Shown one piece after another: positions 9,221 to 16,194 of a stretch of 31,353 nucleotides of DNA (the first letter of the stretch is position 1; each line of letters begins with the position of its first letter). This stretch comes from a virus (taxonomy: Duplodnaviria > Caudoviricetes). Made by a program: the position numbers and the translations under genes. The DNA lies in the IMG/VR virus record IMGVR_UViG_3300033076_001153, positions 1 to 31,353 of that record; one strand, written 5' to 3'. The notes beneath the pieces are model-generated. The model ran no database searches. It saw only the letters and a program-made list of their open reading frames with translations, and was not told the DNA's origin.

Positions 9221-9741
9221 TGGCATTATACGGAGAAGCAAGAGATATCAGCATGTTCAGACACATCAACCGAGAGTTGATGCGTAACATTATTTCTCAG
9301 CAGGTTGTCTTCTACAAATGTAACATCACCGAAACTAAAGTTAATATGTACGGTGAAACTTCCGGAGGAAGGGTTTATGATGAACCGCTTCTTATTTATT
9401 CTTTGATAGAAAGAGGAGATCAATCAGCACCTATCCAGGACGATTTAGTAGGGTTCAGTTGGCCGGTTACTTTTAGATTCTTAAGAGATGATTTAGTAGA
9501 GGCAAATGTTGTACCTGAGATCGGGGATATAGTAATGTGGCAGGATGCTTATTGGGAGATTGACAATGAGAACATCAGTCAATTATTTGTTGGAAAAGAC
9601 CCAGACTATCCTTACACTGATTCTACAGGAACTAATATTTTAGAGACTGATTTAGATAGATTTGGTTACAACGTATCTGTAATTTGTACTGCACATTACG
9701 TACCTGCAGACAGAATAGGAATTGATAAACAAAGATTGTAA
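9220..9741 (+). CDS. Neck / head-closure protein (T4 gp14-like)
   Basis: NMYGE...PEIGDIVMWQDAYWEID motif and position between gp13-like and gp15-like genes. Confidence 0.65.
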   Translation: MALYGEARDISMFRHINRELMRNIISQQVVFYKCNITETKVNMYGETSGGRVYDEPLLIYSLIERGDQSAPIQDDLVGFSWPVTFRFLRDDLVEANVVPEIGDIVMWQDAYWEIDNENISQLFVGKDPDYPYTDSTGTNILETDLDRFGYNVSVICTAHYVPADRIGIDKQRL

Positions 9742-11543
9742 TGGCAAGAGGAAGAAAACCAATACCAAAAACCCAGAAAGAAATCAGCAATTCTTTAGTA
9801 ACTCCTTTTGATCAAAGACAAGGAAATCCTAATGACGCTGAGCCGGATAAAAATAATAGAGCCTTGCAGACCTCTTTTAAAGGAGATACTACAAAGCCAT
9901 TCACTGTCGGACTTCAGGATATTGATGAAGCAATTTTCTACTATTTTCAGAATGTAATTAAACCTACAGTTTATCAGAACGGAGAAAATCTGACAGTACC
10001 TGTTTTATATGCATCTCCAGAAAAATGGAAATCATACCAGAAAGATGGTTACTTAAGAGACGTGAAAGGATCTTTGATGGCTCCTTTAATTATCTTTAAA
10101 AGAGAAAGCATTGATAAAAATAGATCAATAGCAAATAAGTTAGATGCTAATAATCCTCACAACTACTCAATAACCCCTAAGAGATACACTCAAAGAAATG
10201 CATATTCTAGCTTTGATGTTTTAAATAACAGAAAACCTGAAAAAGAATATTATGCAGTTGTAGTTCCGGATTATATTACAGCAACTTATACTTTCGTTGT
10301 CTTTACTTATTATGTAGAGCAGCTAAATAAAATAGTAGAAGCAATCCAATACGCTTCAGATTCATACTGGGGAAATCCTGAAAGATTTAAATTTAGAGCA
10401 ATGATTGATTCTTTTGGATTCCAAACACAGTTAAATGAAAATCAGGAAAGGGTAGTTAGGAGTACATTCACAGTTAAGTTAAACGGGTACTTAATACCAG
10501 ATACTGTACAGAAAAGTACAACAGCGATTAATAAAGCATTTGGTAAAGCAAGACTTGATTTTACTTTAGAAGGAGTGGATTCACCAGGAGGCGGTTCTAC
10601 AGGAGTTCCGGTTTTATTTACCCAGCAGCCAACACCGCCGGTTTATCAAAGCCAGCCAGTGGCAGCAGTAGTAGGGACTCCGGGTACAACACCAGGAACA
10701 ACCCCGGTTACTTTCTCAGACGTACCTAAACCAGTACCTCCTACAACTCCAACTTCATCTGCAGCACCTACAAGCAGTATCTACGATCCTGATTATCAAG
10801 CAATATTAACTTATGCAACTGCTCAGGGTTATACTCTACCAAGCCCTTCTCAGAGATTATTACAAAGTCAGATGATTCAGGCTCTGAAGACAGGTTCCAT
10901 TTGGAGTGAGTTAGATTTGTTCTACCTCTTTGCCGGAGATGGAGATTCAAATTTTGCAACCTTAAACTGGAAAAACCCAGCGCTTTATAAAGCAACAGCA
11001 GTTAATAGCCCGACATATACTCCTAATATAGGGTTTACCGGAGATGGAGCAAATGCTTATTTAAATACAAACTGGAATCCAACCTTAGGAACTAAATTTA
11101 CTCAAGTTAGTGCATCTCATGGTGTTTATACAAATGCTTCACCGCCGATGGGTATATCTTCTGACATTGGGTACCATGGAGGAGGTAGTAATCCATACAA
11201 TATCATCAACACCTGGACAGGTGGAGGATCAGATGGTTTTTATATAAACCAATCCTCAGCACAGAATTTAGCACCAATAGACAGCTACTCTTTCAGAGCA
11301 GTTACACGCTTAGGTACAGACTTAGTACTCAGAAGAGATTTTGGAACTCAAGGTGTCACTCTATCTACTTCTGCAGCACCGACAAGTAGTCCGATCTACA
11401 TTATGGCAAGAGGTGTACCTTCACCACAATGGTATGCACCGTCCGTTATAGAATTTAAAGCAGACTTCTGGGGAGGTTACCTGACCGCAGCTCAGACAAA
11501 CACTCTCTACACTACTATAAAGACTTACCTAGAGTCAATTTAA
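9741..11543 (+). CDS. Tail terminator / sheath stabiliser (T4 gp15-like) fused via a Pro/Thr linker to a C-terminal lectin-like domain
   Basis: N-terminal ~280 aa: VPVLYASPEKW, PLIIFKR, VPDYITATYTF...EQLNKIVE, STFTVKLNGYL; P/T-rich linker at ~10581-10780; C-terminal beta-rich domain (GFTGDGANAYLNTNWNP). Confidence 0.65.
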   Translation: MARGRKPIPKTQKEISNSLVTPFDQRQGNPNDAEPDKNNRALQTSFKGDTTKPFTVGLQDIDEAIFYYFQNVIKPTVYQNGENLTVPVLYASPEKWKSYQKDGYLRDVKGSLMAPLIIFKRESIDKNRSIANKLDANNPHNYSITPKRYTQRNAYSSFDVLNNRKPEKEYYAVVVPDYITATYTFVVFTYYVEQLNKIVEAIQYASDSYWGNPERFKFRAMIDSFGFQTQLNENQERVVRSTFTVKLNGYLIPDTVQKSTTAINKAFGKARLDFTLEGVDSPGGGSTGVPVLFTQQPTPPVYQSQPVAAVVGTPGTTPGTTPVTFSDVPKPVPPTTPTSSAAPTSSIYDPDYQAILTYATAQGYTLPSPSQRLLQSQMIQALKTGSIWSELDLFYLFAGDGDSNFATLNWKNPALYKATAVNSPTYTPNIGFTGDGANAYLNTNWNPTLGTKFTQVSASHGVYTNASPPMGISSDIGYHGGGSNPYNIINTWTGGGSDGFYINQSSAQNLAPIDSYSFRAVTRLGTDLVLRRDFGTQGVTLSTSAAPTSSPIYIMARGVPSPQWYAPSVIEFKADFWGGYLTAAQTNTLYTTIKTYLESI

Positions 11544-11572
11544 CGGGTATTTTTTTTTGCAATAGAAATAGC

Positions 11573-11580
11573 TATTTATA
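11573..11580 (+). promoter_or_regulatory. TATTTATA motif (putative late promoter)
   Basis: Exact octamer 26 nt upstream of the sheath ATG. Confidence 0.7.
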
Positions 11581-11606
11581 TTAGACTATTTAACTAACTT
11601 AATAAA

Positions 11607-13307
11607 ATGGCAGAAACTTTAATATCACCAGGTGTACTTGCAAGAGAGAATGACTCTTCATTCATCACCCAACAACCAGTAACCGTAGGTGCAGCAATCA
11701 TTGGCCCTACTGTAAAAGGCCCTGTGGAAGTTCCAACAGTTGTGACTTCTTACAGTCAATTTAAAAACACATTCGGAACTACATTCTCAAGCGGTAGTGG
11801 TGTATACACATACTTCACCTCTATTGCAGCTTATAACTACTTTGCAAACGGTGGAGAATCGTTGTTAGTAGCAAGAGTGGTAAGCGGATCTTATAACTCT
11901 GCAACAGCTGCAGTAAGCGGAAGCAGTACTTCAGGATCAGTAGTATTTGAAACACTTTCTGAAGGTACCATCATGAATAACTCAGGATCTGAGACTGCTG
12001 GTGCTTTAGCAAGCGGATCTGCAGATAACGTAAGATGGCAGATTGTTAACTCAAACACTTCTTCAGGTACTTTTGACTTATTGGTAAGACAAGGTAACGA
12101 TACCGCAAACAGCCCTACTATATTAGAAACTTGGACTAACTTATCTTTAGATCCTTTCTCTCCTAACTATGTTGCTAAGGTGATTGGAGATCAGTCATTT
12201 AATTATGCTTCTTCAGGAACAAGCTACTACTTAGAAGTAACAGGATCTTATCCGGTAAATTCAAGATACCTTAGAGTAAAATCAGTAGTTAATCCTACCC
12301 CTTATTACTTTGATAACTCAGGAGTTGCTAAGACAGCCTATACTCCTTACATCCCAGTTAATGCTTCTGGTACCTTCTCAGGTGCAACCGGAGGAATTAT
12401 GGCAGGAGCACAATACTACGGAACAATCACTGACGGTAATAAATCACAAGGTATTCCAAGTGGTAGCTACGATAACATGATCAACTTGTTATCTAACCAA
12501 GATGATTACAAATTTAACGTATTACTAACCCCAGGTTTATTCAACTCTCTACAAACATCACAAGTAACCAGTATTATCAGCAATACTCAGAATAGAGGAG
12601 ATAATATTTACGTACTAGATTTAGTACCTTATAACTCACAAGTTAGTACAGTAACCAACCAAGCTGCTTCAAGAAACACTTCTTATGCTGCTTCTTACTG
12701 GCCTTGGTTACAGGTTTTAGATCCAGATTCTGGACAACAGGTTTGGGTTCCTGCTTCTACTTTAGTTGGAGGTGTTTATGCATTCAACGATTCAGTAAGT
12801 GAGCCTTGGTTTGCACCAGCAGGTATCAACAGAGGTGGATTAGGTAACGTAATCAGAGCTGAAAGAAAATTAGCACAATCAGACAGAGATACTTTATACT
12901 CTAATAAAGTTAACCCAATCGCTACATTCCCAGGAACCGGAGTAGTGGTATATGGTCAGAAAACATTACAACAAAAAGCTTCTGCTTTGGATAGAGTAAA
13001 TGTAAGAAGATTGTTAATTGCATTGAAGTCTTATATCTCTCAAGTAGCTAACAACTTAGTATTCGAACAGAACACTATCGCTACTAGAAACAGCTTCCTT
13101 GCACAAGTTAACCCGTACTTAGAATCAGTACAGCAAAGACAAGGTTTGTATGCATTCAAAGTAGTAATGGATGATTCTAACAACACTCCTGATGTAATCG
13201 ACAGAAACCAAATGGTAGGACAAATCTACATTCAACCAACTAAGACTGCAGAATTTATCTACTTGGATTTCAACATTACTCCAACCGGAGCTACATTCCC
13301 AGCTTAA
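11607..13307 (+). CDS. Contractile tail sheath protein (T4 gp18-like)
   Basis: SPGVLAREND, AIIGPTVKGP, YWPWLQV, WFAPAGINRG, DRVNVRRLL, VFEQN, IQPTKTAEFI: canonical sheath motifs. Confidence 0.97.
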   Translation: MAETLISPGVLARENDSSFITQQPVTVGAAIIGPTVKGPVEVPTVVTSYSQFKNTFGTTFSSGSGVYTYFTSIAAYNYFANGGESLLVARVVSGSYNSATAAVSGSSTSGSVVFETLSEGTIMNNSGSETAGALASGSADNVRWQIVNSNTSSGTFDLLVRQGNDTANSPTILETWTNLSLDPFSPNYVAKVIGDQSFNYASSGTSYYLEVTGSYPVNSRYLRVKSVVNPTPYYFDNSGVAKTAYTPYIPVNASGTFSGATGGIMAGAQYYGTITDGNKSQGIPSGSYDNMINLLSNQDDYKFNVLLTPGLFNSLQTSQVTSIISNTQNRGDNIYVLDLVPYNSQVSTVTNQAASRNTSYAASYWPWLQVLDPDSGQQVWVPASTLVGGVYAFNDSVSEPWFAPAGINRGGLGNVIRAERKLAQSDRDTLYSNKVNPIATFPGTGVVVYGQKTLQQKASALDRVNVRRLLIALKSYISQVANNLVFEQNTIATRNSFLAQVNPYLESVQQRQGLYAFKVVMDDSNNTPDVIDRNQMVGQIYIQPTKTAEFIYLDFNITPTGATFPA

Positions 13308-13322
13308 TTTCTAAATCGTTAA

Positions 13323-13330
13323 TATTTATA
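13323..13330 (+). promoter_or_regulatory. TATTTATA motif (putative late promoter)
   Basis: Exact octamer 13 nt upstream of the tube ATG. Confidence 0.7.
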
Positions 13331-13343
13331 ACTAAATAAGACA

Positions 13344-13832
13344 ATGGCAATTTTAACATCAGACGAAATATTCTTCACCGCATTTGAACCAAAAGTTCAG
13401 AACAGGTTCATCATGTACGTAGACGGTATTCCTGCTTATATTATTAAAGGGGTATCTGGATTAGGATTTGAACAAGGTGAGATCATATTAAACCACATCA
13501 ACGTTTACCGTAAGATTAAAGGTAAGTTGAGATGGAACGATTTAAACTTAACATTATTTGATCCTATCACTCCTTCAGGAGCACAGGCAGTAATGGAATG
13601 GGTTCGTTTACACCATGAATCAGTTACCGGCCGTGATGGTTATTCTGACTTCTACAAGAAAGATGTTGTAATTGACATCGTAGGTCCAGTAGGTGATGTA
13701 GTATCTGAGTGGGTTATTAAAGGAGCATTTATTAAGAATGCAAACTTTGGAGACTTAAACTTCGATAACGATTCAGCTGCACAAAATATTACCATGACTT
13801 TAGGAATGGATTATTGTATCTTAAATTATTAA
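13344..13832 (+). CDS. Tail tube protein (T4 gp19-like)
   Basis: 162 aa directly after sheath; EPKVQNRF, W...LTLFDP, MEW, YKKDV, EWVIKGAFI...FGDLNFD. Confidence 0.92.
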   Translation: MAILTSDEIFFTAFEPKVQNRFIMYVDGIPAYIIKGVSGLGFEQGEIILNHINVYRKIKGKLRWNDLNLTLFDPITPSGAQAVMEWVRLHHESVTGRDGYSDFYKKDVVIDIVGPVGDVVSEWVIKGAFIKNANFGDLNFDNDSAAQNITMTLGMDYCILNY

Positions 13833-13860
13833 ACGCAGTACTTAACTACTACTTTTCAAG

Positions 13861-13898
13861 AAAGCCTCCTATTTATAATAAAGATAGGAGGTTTTTTT
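13861..13898 (+). terminator. Rho-independent terminator-like hairpin containing TATTTATA
   Basis: AAAGCCTCCTAT (13861-13872) / ATAGGAGGTTTT (13884-13895), T7 run to 13898; TATTTATA at 13870-13877. Confidence 0.8.
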
Positions 13899-14603
13899 AT
13901 GCACGAATATTTTGAAATTATTAGACAAGCTCTTTCTGAGAGTAGAAAAAAAGGAACTACTTACTACGAAGCTCACCATATAATACCTAAAAGCTTTGGT
14001 AAGCACTCAAGCACAGTCCTATTAACACCGGAGGAACATTACCGCTGTCATAAGCTGCTCGCTGAGTACTTCAAAGAACATACGCAGTATGGTAAAAAAA
14101 TGCTTTGGGCTTTTCACCGGCTTAGCTACGACAATAAGAGAAAACTAACAGAAGAGGAGTATGGAGAGGCTAGAAGAATTTTACAAAAACTATGGGGAGC
14201 TAATAAAACAGATACACATAAAGATAATATACGCAAAACCCGAGTAGGAAAGAAAACAATAATGCATCCAGAAACCAAGGAACTTAAGTATGTTAATAAG
14301 GAAGAATTGCATATGTGGTTAGAACAAGGTTGGGAAAATACAAACTATACAAAAGGTAAAACTTTCACCAACGAACACCGGGAAAAAATTAGACAAACAA
14401 CAAAAACACGGTTAATAGGTAAAACCGGATCATCCGCTCAAGCAGCGAAAGGACCATATACAGTGGAGTTTGAAAACGGAGCAAAATATACAGAAGGAAG
14501 CTACCCAGAACTCGCAAAAAAGACAAATATACCTTTCGCAACTCTCCAATACCGGTACGTTCATAAAAAAGGACAAATGTTAAAAGGATGGACTATTTAT
14601 TAA
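13899..14603 (+). mobile_element. Free-standing HNH-family homing endonuclease gene with NUMOD3-like DNA-binding repeats
   Basis: YEAHHIIPKS...LLTPEEHYRCHKLL nuclease motif; basic repeats HKDNIRKTRVGKK and KGKTFTNEHREKIR; interrupts the tail operon. Confidence 0.8.
14594..14601 (+). promoter_or_regulatory. TATTTATT variant motif upstream of the kinase gene
   Basis: Overlaps the last codons of the HNH gene, 24 nt upstream of ATG 14626. Confidence 0.5.
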
Positions 14604-14625
14604 AATAAGAGGGCTTTTTTATTAT

Positions 14626-15129
14626 ATGAAACTCACCACCATACTCCAGGAAGTAATTCTACCTTCAAACCTAAAGACGCTTTTAGGTAAACTAAAAGAT
14701 AACGGTTATACTGTTCTAGGTTCCGGAGATAATGGTATAGCACTTCAAAAAGGAAATCAAGTACTGAAGTTAACTACTGACATTGATGAGCTAGAACACG
14801 CTGAGAAACTTTTAAACCATAGTTTTACAAGCATAATACCCATCAAGAAAGTAGAAATTCTTGGACCTAAATCAGGAGTGATAGAAATGGTGGATGCACA
14901 GCCTTTAGCAGAAGAGGAAAGAGAAGAACTTGCTTCAAATAGTATAAAAGCAGAAGACTACCTAATGTACGATAAAGAATTAAGCGATAGCCTTTCAGAT
15001 AAACTAAAGCAGTTCTTAATTACCCTAAAAGAAGCTTTTGTAAAATCAGGAATTGATCCAGCAGAAATTGACTGGTCTCCAAACAACATTATGAATTATA
15101 ACGGAAATTATGTCTTAGTAGACGTATAA
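14626..15129 (+). CDS. Minimal protein-kinase-like protein
   Basis: Gly loop LGSGDNGIA, beta3 Lys (VLKLT), alphaC Glu (DELEHA), catalytic-loop-like IDWSPNNIM, Mg-binding-like VLVD at the C-terminus. Confidence 0.7.
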   Translation: MKLTTILQEVILPSNLKTLLGKLKDNGYTVLGSGDNGIALQKGNQVLKLTTDIDELEHAEKLLNHSFTSIIPIKKVEILGPKSGVIEMVDAQPLAEEEREELASNSIKAEDYLMYDKELSDSLSDKLKQFLITLKEAFVKSGIDPAEIDWSPNNIMNYNGNYVLVDV

Positions 15130-15144
15130 AACGTATTTCTTATA

Positions 15145-15152
15145 TATTTATA
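15145..15152 (+). promoter_or_regulatory. TATTTATA motif (putative late promoter)
   Basis: Exact octamer 26 nt upstream of ATG 15179. Confidence 0.7.
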
Positions 15153-15178
15153 ATAGAATAGTTACAACAAACCAGTAT

Positions 15179-15913
15179 ATGACAGACTTTAAATTCCCAA
15201 CCGAGGTTATTGATCTTCCTTCTAAAGGATTACTTTACCCTAAAGATTCTCCACTTGCCAGCGGTAAACTTGAAATGAAGTACATGACCGCAAAAGAGGA
15301 AGACATTCTAACAAATCAAAACTACATCCAGAAAGGAATTGTAATTGACAAACTTCTACAGTCTTTAATTGTATCAAAAGTAAATTACAGCGACTTAGTT
15401 ACCGGAGATCAGAATGCAGTAATGATTGCTGCCCGTATCTTAGGTTACGGTAAGGATTATGAATTTAGCTACGGTGGACAAAAGCATACTATCGATTTAA
15501 CAACTTTAGAAGATAAACCTTTTGACGAATCTTTAATCACTCCTCATGTTAATGAATTTAGCTATGAACTACCTTTCACAAAAACTAAGATTACTTTTAA
15601 AGTAATGACTGTTGGTGATGAGGAGAAAGTGAGAAAAGAATTAGAAGGTCTAAAGAAAATCGATAAAAATTTAAATCCAGAATTGTCAACAAGGTTGAAA
15701 TTCATGATTACTTCTGTAGAAGGTAATAGAGAACCTGGAGCAATCAGAAGCTTTGTTGATAATGGATTACTTGCAAGAGATTCAAAAGCATTACGTGAAT
15801 ATGTTAAGAAAGTTCAACCAGACATTGATTTAAATGTTACTGTTGACGTAGGTGGTGTTGAGGAGGACATCACACTCCCAATCACTGTTAGCTTTTTTTG
15901 GCCTGACTTCTGA
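15179..15913 (+). CDS. Baseplate hub / tail assembly chaperone (T4 gp26-like)
   Basis: IDLPSKG, MKYMTAKEEDIL, DL...D...MIAARILGYG, C-terminal FFWP; lies between tube and tape measure. Confidence 0.75.
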   Translation: MTDFKFPTEVIDLPSKGLLYPKDSPLASGKLEMKYMTAKEEDILTNQNYIQKGIVIDKLLQSLIVSKVNYSDLVTGDQNAVMIAARILGYGKDYEFSYGGQKHTIDLTTLEDKPFDESLITPHVNEFSYELPFTKTKITFKVMTVGDEEKVRKELEGLKKIDKNLNPELSTRLKFMITSVEGNREPGAIRSFVDNGLLARDSKALREYVKKVQPDIDLNVTVDVGGVEEDITLPITVSFFWPDF

Positions 15914-16157
15914 GCATAGAAAGCATATATTTGATCAAATACATCAAATAGTCTTCCATGGTAATGGTGGATATTCTTTTGTAGAAATTTATGAACTCCC
16001 TATACATTTAAGGAAATACATCTTCCATCAAATAAAAGAATATTACGATAAACAAAACAAACAAGATTCTCCGGATGAACTAGCCTCTAAGATTAAATCA
16101 GGCACTGTTCAAGTACCGGATTACGCAAAAGGAAAGAAAGTAGCATACAACGGATAG
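15852..16157 (+). CDS. Tail assembly chaperone C-terminal extension (gp51/gpT-like), probably made by frameshift from the upstream gene
   Basis: No in-frame ATG; overlaps the upstream gene at a T7 run (15893-15899); protein-like sequence starts at FFGLT; EIYELPIHLRKYIF motif. Confidence 0.65.
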   Translation: MVLRRTSHSQSLLAFFGLTSEHRKHIFDQIHQIVFHGNGGYSFVEIYELPIHLRKYIFHQIKEYYDKQNKQDSPDELASKIKSGTVQVPDYAKGKKVAYNG

Positions 16158-16180
16158 GCATCGTAAAACCGGTGCCTTTT
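16156..16180 (+). terminator. Rho-independent terminator-like hairpin
   Basis: AGGCATCG-TAAAAC-CGGTGCCT followed by TTT. Confidence 0.55.
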
Positions 16181-16182
16181 CA

Positions 16183-16190
16183 TATTTATA
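16183..16190 (+). promoter_or_regulatory. TATTTATA motif (putative late promoter)
   Basis: Exact octamer 4 nt upstream of the tape measure ATG. Confidence 0.7.
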
Positions 16191-16194
16191 ATAT

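Noticed and set aside
10768-10995. Alternative-frame + strand ORF of 75 aa inside the gp15-like gene
   Set aside because: Fully nested in a longer coherent gene, with no motif or start signal.
11544-11560. T9 run after the gp15-like gene as a terminator
   Set aside because: No convincing GC stem precedes it.
13833-14625. Group I intron hosting the HNH gene
   Set aside because: The tube gene is complete before the insertion, and the flanks are too short to hold a ribozyme core.
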